Shown here: piece by piece, positions 8,933 to 18,070 of the stretch | Numbering within the stretch: position 1 is the first letter of the stretch | Layout of the letters: the number at the start of each line of letters is the position of its first letter | Source: Alphaproteobacteria bacterium | Lineage (GTDB): Bacteria; Pseudomonadota; Alphaproteobacteria; JAPULJ01 | Length of the DNA stretch: 24,000 nucleotides | NCBI GenBank assembly: GCA_035527975.1 | Contig: DATKZM010000085.1 | Coordinates: 163,325-187,324, forward strand | Reading direction: 5' to 3' | Notes under the pieces: generated by a model | Database searches by the model: none | Seen by the model: only the letters and a program-made list of their open reading frames with translations | Told to the model about the DNA's origin: nothing | Made by a program: the position numbers and the translations under genes

Positions 8933-9964
8933 TCAATCGGCGCCGCGCGCGCCGCCATGGGCACGCCGCCGCGCAGCCATTTCGCCCGCCATCGTGAGGG
9001 CCGCGATAAGGCTGCTGGGGTTGGCCTCGCCGGTTCCGGCCAGCGCCAGCGCCGTGCCGTGGTCGGGTGAGGTGCGGATGAAGGGCAGGCCGAGGGTGAT
9101 GTTGACCCCGTGATCGAATTCGATGGTCTTGAGCGGGATCAGCGCCTGGTCGTGATACATGCACAGCGCCGCGTCGTATTCCGCCCGCGCGCGGGTGTGA
9201 AACAGCGTGTCGGCGGGGGCCGGGCCGCTGATGTCGATGCCGCTGTCGCGCAAAATCTGGATCGCTGGGTTGATAATCGCGCGCTCCTCGGCGCCGAGTG
9301 CGCCGGCTTCGCCGGCATGCGGGTTGAGTGCGGCCACAGTAAGCCGCGGCGCTGCGATGGCGAAATCGCGCTGGAGCGCCTTGGCGGTCGTCTGGCCAGC
9401 CGCCACGATCATTTCGCTGGTAAGGGTGCTGGCAACTTCCGCCAGCGGTATGTGGACCGTCACCGGCACGACCCGCAATCCCGGGACGGCGAGCATCATC
9501 TGCGCCGCCGCACCGCCGCCTGCCAGGGCGCCCAGATACTCGGTATGGCCAGGATGCGCGAAGCCGCCCTCATACATCGTGGCTTTGTGGATCGGATTGG
9601 TGACCACGGCGGCTGCGCGCCCTTCACGTGCGAGCGCGACGGCGCGGTCGATCGCGGCGATCACGGCCGGCACATTGTCCCGATCGGGCCGGCCGGGATC
9701 GGCATCGGCGGCGAGCCCGCAGCGCAGCACCGGCAGGGCCGCCGCGAACGCCTCGGTTGCGGCTTCCGGTTCGTCGATTTCGACAATCGGCACGGCGAGA
9801 TCAAGGCGCCGGGCCAACGCGGCCAGACGCGCGGGATCGTCGATTGCAAAAAATGGGTGCGCGCCGGCCCGTTCCGAGTACCAGGCCTTGAGGGTGATTT
9901 CACCGCCGATCCCCGCCGGCTCTCCCATGGTCAGCGCGATTGGCGGGACGGCGCCCGCGTTCAT
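8933..9964 (-). CDS. pdxA: 4-hydroxythreonine-4-phosphate dehydrogenase
   Basis: IALTMGEPAGIGGEI, HPGHTEYL, LNPHAGE and FIRTSPDHGTAL motifs. The ATG overlaps the surA stop (ATGA at 9961-9964). Confidence 0.92.
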   Translation of the reverse strand: MNAGAVPPIALTMGEPAGIGGEITLKAWYSERAGAHPFFAIDDPARLAALARRLDLAVPIVEIDEPEAATEAFAAALPVLRCGLAADADPGRPDRDNVPAVIAAIDRAVALAREGRAAAVVTNPIHKATMYEGGFAHPGHTEYLGALAGGGAAAQMMLAVPGLRVVPVTVHIPLAEVASTLTSEMIVAAGQTTAKALQRDFAIAAPRLTVAALNPHAGEAGALGAEERAIINPAIQILRDSGIDISGPAPADTLFHTRARAEYDAALCMYHDQALIPLKTIEFDHGVNITLGLPFIRTSPDHGTALALAGTGEANPSSLIAALTMAGEMAARRRAHGGARGAD

Positions 9965-11304
9965 ACCCTCACGTCGAGATAGGCAGATCGCCGGAGGTCA
10001 CGCAGATAACGACGGGTCAGAATGTTCGTCTGGCGGCCCGCCAGCGCCCGGCGTATCGACAGCATGCGCTTGCGGTCGGAGCCGGCGTCGCGCTCGCAAA
10101 CCATGATGACCGTCAACCCGTCCTTCGTCTCGATCGGCGCGCTTGCCTTGCCGACCTGGAGGAACTGCGCGGGCCGGCGCAGATGCGGCGTCAGGCTCGC
10201 GAGCTGGACGTTTTTGACCCGGGAGGTCGCCGATGCGCCGAGGTCCTTGCCCAGCTTTTCCATATCGGCGCAGCTCGAAGCTGTTTCGCTGATCTTCTTG
10301 GCCCGTTCGAGCTGGCGCTTGCGATCGGCATCCTTGGCCTTAGGCGGGTATTTCAGCAATACCTGGGCCAGCGAAACCGTCGGATTCTTGGTTGGCGCAA
10401 TGGTAATGACGCGGGTCTCGCGCAGGGCCAGAATATAGTACCCGCCGGCAGTGCGGAGCGGACCGACGACATGCCCCGGCTTCATCTGCCGCAATCGGTT
10501 ATCCAGCTCGGTCGGCAGCGAGCCTTGATCGATCCAGCCTAGGTCACCGCCGACCTTAGCGGTGGGGCTCTGGGAGAATTGGGTGGCGATCCGCGCGAAG
10601 CTCACGCCTTTTTTGATCTGATCGAACAACCGCTGGGCGGTGCTCCGCACGTCGCGCTCCTGGTCGGGCGTATCGACGCTCAGAAAGATCTCGGAGACCC
10701 TGTAGCGCTTCTCGCCCTGATTGGCTTTGACCCGTGCGATATATTCGCGGATCTCTTCGTCGCTGATGCGCACCCGCGGATGGATCTTCTGGATGATCAC
10801 ACGACGCCAGGCAATCGCGGCCTGGATTTGCTCGATCACCGTGCGCGTATCGATGCCCCGGCTGCGGAAAAACGGGAGCAGGCGGCCCTTTGGAATATTG
10901 TTGTTGGCTTCCAGGCGCCGAACCGAGGCATCCAGCTCCTTTTTCGAAACCTTGATGCCGAGCCGGCGGGCCTCTTGCATCTTTAGCCGCTCCTCGATGA
11001 GCGATCGCAGGATCTGCTTTGAAAGGCGCTTGCGGGTCTCAGGATCGTTGCGGATGCGTGAGGTCTTGAGCACGAAATTGAGACGGGCGCGAAGATCACG
11101 CACGGTGATCACCTCGGCATTGACCACCGCGGCGATCCTGAGCTCGTTGGGGGCCTGCTTAAGGGTCGTTCGGCGCTGGGCCAACTGTTCGACACCAGGC
11201 GAAATTTCGCCGGCTCGCGCGGCCATGTCGCCCGGCACCTGTCCGGCCAAAATGACGGCCAACGTCAAACCAACGACAAATGCCGCTTTCATAGCCGCTT
11301 TCAT
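9961..11304 (-). CDS. surA: Periplasmic chaperone / peptidyl-prolyl isomerase SurA
   Basis: Signal peptide (MKAAMKAAFVVGLTLAVILAG). SurA N-terminal domain (IAAVVNAEVIT..DL..R). Parvulin-like segment (GGDLGWI...LP.EL...L..MKPG.V.GP.RT..GYYIL). GGAGA RBS 8 nt upstream of the ATG at 11304. Located downstream of lptD. Confidence 0.88.
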   Translation of the reverse strand: MKAAMKAAFVVGLTLAVILAGQVPGDMAARAGEISPGVEQLAQRRTTLKQAPNELRIAAVVNAEVITVRDLRARLNFVLKTSRIRNDPETRKRLSKQILRSLIEERLKMQEARRLGIKVSKKELDASVRRLEANNNIPKGRLLPFFRSRGIDTRTVIEQIQAAIAWRRVIIQKIHPRVRISDEEIREYIARVKANQGEKRYRVSEIFLSVDTPDQERDVRSTAQRLFDQIKKGVSFARIATQFSQSPTAKVGGDLGWIDQGSLPTELDNRLRQMKPGHVVGPLRTAGGYYILALRETRVITIAPTKNPTVSLAQVLLKYPPKAKDADRKRQLERAKKISETASSCADMEKLGKDLGASATSRVKNVQLASLTPHLRRPAQFLQVGKASAPIETKDGLTVIMVCERDAGSDRKRMLSIRRALAGRQTNILTRRYLRDLRRSAYLDVRV

Positions 11305-11401
11305 ATCTGCTGTCTCCGGCTCGATTGCCCCGCGGCGGCGGACTTATATCCGCTCATCGGGCCCAATTGCAAACGGAAGGCTCCGTCGCAAATGGGCCGC
11401 C

Positions 11402-13582
11402 TTAGAGGCCACTCGCAACTTCGCCAAGGTGTTTCAATACTATACGCAAGAAAAACCGATTGCTTGCCTTTACATCTCGGTCCGATGTGAAGGATCGGGA
11501 AAAATTGAGATCCACCAGACAACATTCATTCTTGAATACGGCGCCAAGGCCCCAGGACAGTGCCGAGTCGGAGTCGATGTCGTATCGCGAGGTCGCGCGA
11601 ACAGCCCAATTCTTGGTCAGCTGCGCCGTTATTCCGCCAAAGATTTCCTCACGCTCGCCGAATTCGGCATTGTTCTCATTGCCGCGGAAATAGAAGTAGC
11701 TAACGCCGGCCCGCAGCCAGGGTGGACCGGCCATGGCCGTGACCTCATGGCGCTTGCGCCGGAAGCGTTGGGTTCCCAATCGGAAGCGGTAGAGGACTTG
11801 GAAGAAATCCGCAGGTTGAATGTCGATGCGCCCGACCAAATCGGAAAAGCGGTCGTCGAGCCCCGAGTCGGTCGGGAAATGGTGACGATTGGTGAAGCGG
11901 TAGCTGTTCCCCAGGAATATTGAGGTCTTGCCGCCGCGATTGCCATAGAAAGACGAGCTTACTCCATAGACGACCCGCGTGCCCTGATCGACCCGGTCCA
12001 GTCCGTTGAACCGGTTGAGCGCGAAGACATTGGTGTCGTCAAGCTCAACGTCCAGGCTGTCTTCATTGGGGATCTTGAACGGATTGCCACTGTTGGGCGC
12101 AACGATGAAGGATACGCGCGGTTCGATCACGTGGCGCACATTGCCAAGTTCACGCACCAGCGGGTAGCGCCAATCAACAAATCCTTGCGGGAAAAACCGC
12201 CCGGTGAACCCGGTATATTTGCGTCCCGGCGCCGGTGCATCCGGATCGGAAACGACGTTAACCCAGTAGAGGTCGCCCTGCAGCTGCGCGCCAACGCGGA
12301 AGAGATGACCGCTCTTGGTGGTGAGCGGGAGCTCCCAGCCGCCCTTCAACGACAACCGCCGGCTATTTACGCCTTCGACGCGTGTCAACGACATCACATT
12401 CGCATCAAACGACCAGCGGCCATAGGCGCCGCCCGGACCAATGGGCTTGCCGATGACGTTGTAATCGACCAGCGGAAAGACGATCGGCGTCTTTGCGTAG
12501 TCGTCTTCCTCGCGCAACCCCTGGAAGTGATAAAGACGTGCCGACGCGTAACTGCGGCCATTGAAACCTTCGGTGAATATCGTGGTGACGATCGAATTGA
12601 TGGAGCTGATGCTATATCGCCGCAAGTAGGTATCGTCGGTCGTCCATCCGCCGTCCCAGCCGAAGCGCCAGATATTGTCGACATCGAATAGTCCGCGCGT
12701 GAAGATGTGACCGCGGTTCTGATTTCCGCTGCTCTCGTCGCCGGCCGCGTCCAGTCTTTTGACATTGGTGAAACTGCCGCGAACATCATAGGCGCCGTTT
12801 GGCACGCGGTGCCGCCATTGTGCGAACATGGCCGGCCGCACCTTGGAGAAGATCATGGGGCTGATCGTCAGGTCCTTGTCGGGCCCGAGCTCGATGAAGT
12901 AGGGGATGCGCGTGAACAGCCCCAACTGCTGATCGCTGCCGTAAACCGGATAGAGAAAACCGGTGCGCCGTTTGACGGTCGGGTCGGGATGGCGGAAGTA
13001 CGGCGAATAGGCGATCGGCACGCCGTATATCTCAAGCCAGCCGTCGAAATACTCGATATCCTTGGTTTCCTGGTTGTGCACCACCCGGCGCGCCTTCAGC
13101 TGCCATAACGGCGCGCGCTTGGGATCCTTTGGGCACAGCCGGCAGGGCGAGAACACGACCTTGTTCATGGCGGTTTCCTTGCCGCCGCTGCGCACGGCAG
13201 AGTTTGCCGCCAGCCGCGTGTTGTCGTCGAACAACAAGCGGAAGTTCTGGATCACGCCGTCGCGCAAATCGTCTTTCAGGCGGACCCGGTCGGCGAACAC
13301 GACATGGCCCCCCGGCTCGGTCAGGCTGACCTTGCCAACTGCGGTCACGGTCTTGGTCTTCTGATTGTAGACAACGCTGTCGGCGCGCAGCACGCGCGGT
13401 CCTTGCGAAATCTCGACATTGCCCTTGGCGATAACCAGCGCGCGCGCCCGGTCGAAGTTCACTTCATCGGCGGTGATCAGGATCGGCGTCGTCTTGGCGC
13501 CACTGGGCAGCGACTGCGCGAACGCCGCCGGCGCCGCGGCGAGCAGCAACAACAAAATCGCGATGACACTGCGCCCCAACAT
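11402..13582 (-). CDS. lptD: LPS-assembly outer-membrane protein LptD
   Basis: Signal peptide MLGRSVIAILLLLLAAAPAAFA. OstA/LptD N-terminal domain (ITADEVNFDR...AKGNVEI...LRADSVVYN). Large C-terminal beta-barrel region (FSPC..C, PYFRHPDP..KR.TGFLYP, YFIELGPDKDLT). 726 aa. Confidence 0.92.
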   Translation of the reverse strand: MLGRSVIAILLLLLAAAPAAFAQSLPSGAKTTPILITADEVNFDRARALVIAKGNVEISQGPRVLRADSVVYNQKTKTVTAVGKVSLTEPGGHVVFADRVRLKDDLRDGVIQNFRLLFDDNTRLAANSAVRSGGKETAMNKVVFSPCRLCPKDPKRAPLWQLKARRVVHNQETKDIEYFDGWLEIYGVPIAYSPYFRHPDPTVKRRTGFLYPVYGSDQQLGLFTRIPYFIELGPDKDLTISPMIFSKVRPAMFAQWRHRVPNGAYDVRGSFTNVKRLDAAGDESSGNQNRGHIFTRGLFDVDNIWRFGWDGGWTTDDTYLRRYSISSINSIVTTIFTEGFNGRSYASARLYHFQGLREEDDYAKTPIVFPLVDYNVIGKPIGPGGAYGRWSFDANVMSLTRVEGVNSRRLSLKGGWELPLTTKSGHLFRVGAQLQGDLYWVNVVSDPDAPAPGRKYTGFTGRFFPQGFVDWRYPLVRELGNVRHVIEPRVSFIVAPNSGNPFKIPNEDSLDVELDDTNVFALNRFNGLDRVDQGTRVVYGVSSSFYGNRGGKTSIFLGNSYRFTNRHHFPTDSGLDDRFSDLVGRIDIQPADFFQVLYRFRLGTQRFRRKRHEVTAMAGPPWLRAGVSYFYFRGNENNAEFGEREEIFGGITAQLTKNWAVRATSRYDIDSDSALSWGLGAVFKNECCLVDLNFSRSFTSDRDVKASNRFFLRIVLKHLGEVASGL

Positions 13583-13586
13583 GGGT

Positions 13587-14687
13587 CTAGCCGTCCTCGA
13601 GATGGAACAATGCGGTCAGCCCCAGCATGGCGCTGGCGCCGGCCGGAATCCATGCCGCCAGTATTATTGGCAGACTTCCCGAGCCGCCCAGATTGAGAAT
13701 CAGCTTGGAGACGAAAAAGAGCAGGAACCCGGTAACAATGCCGCCCGCGACCGCGACAACGGCGCCCGATTTGCGGTTGTGGCGAAGGGAAAACACCGCG
13801 CCGATCAACACCATCGCACAGAGAAGCAAGGGCTCGGCGGTCAGCGAATGGAAATGCAGCCGGTGGCTGAATCCGGAGAAGCCGGCCTTTTCAAGGTTGG
13901 TGATGAAGCGGGGCAGGTCCCAGAACGAAATCGTTTCGGGCGAGGAGAAGCTTTCCTGGATCTTGTCGAGGGTGAGGTCCGTCTTCAGGCGGTAGGTCTT
14001 GACCTTGGTTGTGCCGCGCTTGGGGGAAAAGAGCTGTGCGTTGTCGAGCACCCAATAGCCCCCACGCAGCACCGCCGTGCTTGCGTCTATCCGCGAGGCG
14101 AAACGGTCCTGACCCTCATAAAGCAGCACCATCACCTGATGCAGGATCAGTTTGTCGGACGATACGTGGCCGGCATGGATGACGGTATGTCCGTTCTTGT
14201 CTATCTGGCGCAGCCACACGCCGGTATTGGAGAGTGCGAGGATGCTCGACCGGTGTTTCAGATATTGCGATTCCAGTTGCTGCCAGCGCGCATACATCAC
14301 AGCAGCGACCGGGTTGACGACCGCAAGACGCACGGCGCCGATCAGCAACGCCGCGACCAATGCCGGCGCCAGGAATTGCCACACCGAAACGCCCGATGCG
14401 CGGATCGAGACCAGCTCGCTGCTTCGGTTCAGGCGCCAGAAGCACATCATGCCCCCGAACAGGATGGCGAACGGGATCGTGGCCTGCGCCAGGAACGGCA
14501 GCTTCATCGCCGCCATCGCCAGCACCAGATCGAATGAGACGTTTGCCTTTCCCGACGAGCGGCGCAGCAGCTCGATCATGTCGATCATGAAGATCAGCGT
14601 GACGAACAGAAAAAACGTCGCGCCGAACCAGATCAGAAACTGACGCGCGATGTAGACGAACATAATGGCGGAAAGCCGGGTTTTCAT
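13587..14687 (-). CDS. lptG: LPS export ABC transporter permease LptG
   Basis: YjgP/YjgQ permease family (YIARQFL..., multiple transmembrane segments, a periplasmic beta-jellyroll-like middle region, C-terminal PIILAAWIP). The ATG at 14687 (MKTRLSAIMFVYIARQF) lies 10 nt after the lptF stop. The 14756 start would overlap lptF with an Arg-rich leader. Confidence 0.85.
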   Translation of the reverse strand: MKTRLSAIMFVYIARQFLIWFGATFFLFVTLIFMIDMIELLRRSSGKANVSFDLVLAMAAMKLPFLAQATIPFAILFGGMMCFWRLNRSSELVSIRASGVSVWQFLAPALVAALLIGAVRLAVVNPVAAVMYARWQQLESQYLKHRSSILALSNTGVWLRQIDKNGHTVIHAGHVSSDKLILHQVMVLLYEGQDRFASRIDASTAVLRGGYWVLDNAQLFSPKRGTTKVKTYRLKTDLTLDKIQESFSSPETISFWDLPRFITNLEKAGFSGFSHRLHFHSLTAEPLLLCAMVLIGAVFSLRHNRKSGAVVAVAGGIVTGFLLFFVSKLILNLGGSGSLPIILAAWIPAGASAMLGLTALFHLEDG

Positions 14688-14697
14688 GCCGCCCCCG

Positions 14698-15831
14698 TCA
14701 CGCCGCGTAGTTCGCCGGGATCTGCCGACCTTTGGTCGGACGCATCCTGCTGGCACGGAAGAGGAGCACGAACCCGATCACAATCGGCAGAACCGCGTTC
14801 GCATACATAAGGATGATCGCTTCGGGGATCTTGGCGGCAAAATTGTGCAGTCCAATGGCGGAACCCTGGATCACACCGGCGGCGCCGATCGCCAGCACGA
14901 TCCGCTTTGCCTGGCCGCGCTTGTCGAATTGTCCGTAGAGCAACGCGATCAGCGCCACCATGACCATCGCCAGCGGCAACATGGGGGTGACGATCCGGTT
15001 GTGCCCGGCGGCGATCAGTTTCTTGTAGTAGTGGCGATCGTAATTGTTGGTCGGATCGGGGTTAAGGAGCTGGGTCAGGGAACGCTCGGCCGGCTGGTAG
15101 AGCCGGGTTTTCTGGGCGTCGCTCAACGCGCCGAGCTCGAAGCTGTATCGCTGGAAGGCGAGATAGGAAATTCGATTGCTTTGCCGGTCGAGCTCCATGC
15201 GGCTGCCCTGCACGAGCACCACCCGCGGGCCGCTGTCCGACTGAATGATCGCCCCCCGCTCTGCCATCATCGTTACGGGTTTTGTGGGGTTGCGCCGGTC
15301 CTGGACCAGGATGCCCTGCATCTCCCCGGTCTTGTCGCGGCTGCGGACATAGATCATGAAATTCTTGCCGAGGCTGTTGAAGCGCCCTTCCTGGATCAGC
15401 ACCGCGGAGAAGTCGTTGCGGATCGCCAGCTCGGTATCCTTGAACTTCCGGAACGACGCCGGAACCATATAGAAGGCCAGCACCAGCACGATGGCGCTGA
15501 CGACGACGCTGAGGCCCAGTGCGGCGCGCGCAAGGCCGGCATTGCTCTGCCCGACCGAGCGCATGATCACGATCTCGCGGTCGGACAGCAGGCGGTTATA
15601 TGTATGTAATACCGCCAAAAAGAGCGCGATCGGGATGATGATCAGCATGAATGCGGGCAGCAGCAACAAAGTCAGCTCCAGGAAGGTGCTGAACGACATC
15701 CCGTGGTTCACGATCAGACGAATAAGACGCAGCGATTGGGTCAGCCAAATCGCCAGCGTCAGCGCGATGGTAACGAAGATCGTCACGAGCAATAGCTGGC
15801 GCAGAATGTAACGGTTGATCGTGTCCGCCAT
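14698..15831 (-). CDS. lptF: LPS export ABC transporter permease LptF
   Basis: N-terminus MADTINRYILRQLL is typical of LptF, and the architecture is that of YjgP/YjgQ permeases. GGGAG RBS upstream of the ATG at 15831. lptG follows immediately. Confidence 0.88.
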   Translation of the reverse strand: MADTINRYILRQLLLVTIFVTIALTLAIWLTQSLRLIRLIVNHGMSFSTFLELTLLLLPAFMLIIIPIALFLAVLHTYNRLLSDREIVIMRSVGQSNAGLARAALGLSVVVSAIVLVLAFYMVPASFRKFKDTELAIRNDFSAVLIQEGRFNSLGKNFMIYVRSRDKTGEMQGILVQDRRNPTKPVTMMAERGAIIQSDSGPRVVLVQGSRMELDRQSNRISYLAFQRYSFELGALSDAQKTRLYQPAERSLTQLLNPDPTNNYDRHYYKKLIAAGHNRIVTPMLPLAMVMVALIALLYGQFDKRGQAKRIVLAIGAAGVIQGSAIGLHNFAAKIPEAIILMYANAVLPIVIGFVLLFRASRMRPTKGRQIPANYAA

Positions 15832-16081
15832 CTCACTCCCGTCGCGCGCTAGGCCCGCGAAGCTTGGGGGTTTGTCGGCAGCCTTGACACGTCCGTTTCA
15901 CCGACCGTCCGTTCCCCCTGGACGGCGTGTGAATAATTTGGACGACGTGCTGGCGTCTCTTGCCCCTTGTTTGTCGGTGTAAGGTAATCGGCTTACCGGC
16001 GAAAGTCCGTGATTATTTTTCGGCAATCTTGTCCACGGCCAAGAAAATTACCGTCGTGTGTTTGCGGTGCGCCGGTCCCTA

Positions 16082-17896
16082 TCAGACGCGCGCCTGGCGC
16101 GCGGGCTTCGGGTCGGGCTCATCGTCGCGGTCGTCGGCAAGCTGCATCGCATAGAGCCGCGCATAAGCCCCGTCTTGCGCGATCAGGGCGGCATGGTTGC
16201 CCGATTCGATAACCCGCCCTTCATCGATCACGTAGATCAAATCGGCGTCCAGCACGGTGGAGAGGCGGTGCGCGATCACCAGCGTGGTGCGTCCCTCCAT
16301 GAGCTTGGCCAGCGCCGTCTGAACCTGGCGCTCCGATGCCGTGTCGAGGGCCGATGTGGCTTCGTCGAGCAGCAGGATCGGCGCGTTCTTGAGCATGGCG
16401 CGGGCAATCGACACACGTTGGCGCTGGCCGCCCGACAGCTTGGCGCCCTGGCCGCCGACCTGGGTGTCGTAGCCATGGGGCAATGCCACGATGAAGTCGT
16501 GAGCGGCGGCCTGCCTGGCGGCGGCAACGATCTCCGCCTCGGTGGCGTCGGGCCGGCCATAGGCGATGTTCGCCCGCACGGTGTCGTCGAAGAGGCTGAT
16601 CTCCTGGCTCACCAGGCCGATATTGGCGCGCAGCGAATCGAGAGTGGCATCGCGCACGTCGATGCCGTCGATCGTCACGCTGCCCGTATCGACATCGTAG
16701 AAACGGGGGATCAGGTTCATGATCGTCGATTTGCCGGCGCCCGACGGCCCGACCAGCGCCACCGTCTCGCCGGCCGGAACCGTGAGCGAAACACCCCTCA
16801 GCGCCGGCACGCCCTCGGTATAGGCGAAGGCCACCTTCTCGAAACGGATCTTGCCGTCGGGCACGTCCAGCACCTTTGCGCCGGGCTTTTCAGTGATCGT
16901 GGTTTTGATCTCCAGCACATCGAAGATGCGATGCGCGGCCGCCAGGCCTTCCTGCAAACTGGCGTTCAGAAGCGCGAGCCGTTTGGCCGGCGCGTAGGCC
17001 AGCAGCACCGCTGCTATGAAAGACACAAATTCGCCCGGCGTCTTGGCACCGCTGATCACCATGTGTCCGCCATAAAGAATGACCGCAACGATCGCAGCGC
17101 CGCCAAGAGTTTCCATGATCGGGTGCGAGGCCGAGCGCGTTCTGAACGACTTGAAATACAGCCGGAAGACGTTCTCGATGATCGCATCCGCGCGCGCCGC
17201 CTCGTATCGCTCCATACCATATGCCTTGACGTGGCGTGCACCCTGGAAGGTTTCGCTGAGGAAAGAGGTGAAACGCCCGAGCTCGATCTGACTTTCGGAC
17301 GAGATCTTGCGCATGCGCCGGCCGATGCGGATGATCGGCAGGATCGCGACGGGAAAGATGAAGAAGGTCACCGAGGCCAGGATCCAGTCCTGGTAGAACA
17401 TCACCGCGATCAAGAAGGCCAGCGTGAACAGATGAAGGCCCACCCCGGTCAAGGCATCGGAGACCGCGTAGCGCAGCCGCGCCACGTCATTGGTGAACCG
17501 CGAGATCAGCTCGCCCGTCGGACTGTCATGGAAGTAGGCAAGATCGGCATTGATGATGTGATGATAAAGGCGGCATTGCACATCGGCGATCACGCGCTGC
17601 CCGACCCAGTTCATCGAGACGTGCTGGCCGTAGGTTGCGATCCCCTTGGCGAAAAAAATACCGAACACGATGCCCGCCGCCCAGTAGAGCTGGTCGGTGT
17701 TCTGCTCGGTCAGCATCTGGTTGAAGAACGGCTCCATGTATTTGGCCATCGCCGCGGTCGAGGCCGCCGCCACCGCCATGCAGATCAGCGAGAATCCGAT
17801 GATCCAGAGATAAGGGCGCACATGTTCGCCCACGAGCCGGCGGACCAGAGCCCAGGAGGCCGGATCGATGGGTTTGAAGGCGTTCGATTTGCTCAA
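16082..17896 (-). CDS. Fused TMD-NBD type I ABC exporter, MsbA-like (possible lipid A/glycolipid flippase)
   Basis: Six-helix N-terminal ABC_membrane domain, then Walker A GPSGAGKST, signature LSGGQRQR, Walker B ILLLDEATSALD and H-loop VIAHRLST. 604 aa. The only available start is a TTG at 17896, because an in-frame TGA lies 18 nt upstream. Assignment to MsbA itself versus other lipid or glycan exporters cannot be decided from sequence by eye. Confidence 0.85.
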   Translation of the reverse strand: MSKSNAFKPIDPASWALVRRLVGEHVRPYLWIIGFSLICMAVAAASTAAMAKYMEPFFNQMLTEQNTDQLYWAAGIVFGIFFAKGIATYGQHVSMNWVGQRVIADVQCRLYHHIINADLAYFHDSPTGELISRFTNDVARLRYAVSDALTGVGLHLFTLAFLIAVMFYQDWILASVTFFIFPVAILPIIRIGRRMRKISSESQIELGRFTSFLSETFQGARHVKAYGMERYEAARADAIIENVFRLYFKSFRTRSASHPIMETLGGAAIVAVILYGGHMVISGAKTPGEFVSFIAAVLLAYAPAKRLALLNASLQEGLAAAHRIFDVLEIKTTITEKPGAKVLDVPDGKIRFEKVAFAYTEGVPALRGVSLTVPAGETVALVGPSGAGKSTIMNLIPRFYDVDTGSVTIDGIDVRDATLDSLRANIGLVSQEISLFDDTVRANIAYGRPDATEAEIVAAARQAAAHDFIVALPHGYDTQVGGQGAKLSGGQRQRVSIARAMLKNAPILLLDEATSALDTASERQVQTALAKLMEGRTTLVIAHRLSTVLDADLIYVIDEGRVIESGNHAALIAQDGAYARLYAMQLADDRDDEPDPKPARQARV

Positions 17897-17988
17897 TGAA
17901 GAGACCGTTCGTCAATCAGCGCGGCGTGAAAACTATATTAACACCCTTCATAGCGCCATGGCGCGGTCAAGCGCATGCGGCACGTAAG

Positions 17989-18038
17989 CGCGCCCCGGCG
18001 CGCAGGACTTACCCGTCGCGCCCCGGCGCGCAGGACTT
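17989..18038. repeat. Tandem direct repeat of a 22-nt unit, each copy containing a GC-rich palindrome
   Basis: CGCGCCCCGGCGCGCAGGACTT occurs identically at 17989-18010 and 18017-18038, a period of 28 nt. Each copy contains (G)CGCGCC-CC-GGCGCG(C). The repeat lies between the TylF-like methyltransferase stop (18071) and the ABC exporter start (17896). Confidence 0.8.
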
Positions 18039-18070
18039 GGAAGGCCAGGCGCGCGGCTCCGAATATGCGC

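Noticed and set aside
10721-15609. Long plus-strand ORFs (10721-11923, 13419-14537, 14665-15609) antisense to surA, lptD, lptG and lptF, and the similar minus-strand ORF 20407-21474 antisense to pepA
   Set aside because: Each is antisense to a well-supported conserved gene. Each has the compositional bias expected from the reverse complement of GC3-rich codons and lacks a plausible RBS or motifs.
16058-17899. 613-aa ORF on the plus strand covering the whole ABC exporter locus
   Set aside because: It is the exact antisense of a gene with complete Walker A, signature, Walker B and H-loop motifs. The translation is Arg/Gly/Asp/His-rich with no motifs. It is a shadow ORF.
17989-18038. Possible CRISPR-like repeat
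   Set aside because: There are only two copies, with a 6-nt spacer between them, and no further repeats or cas genes. It is a simple tandem duplication.
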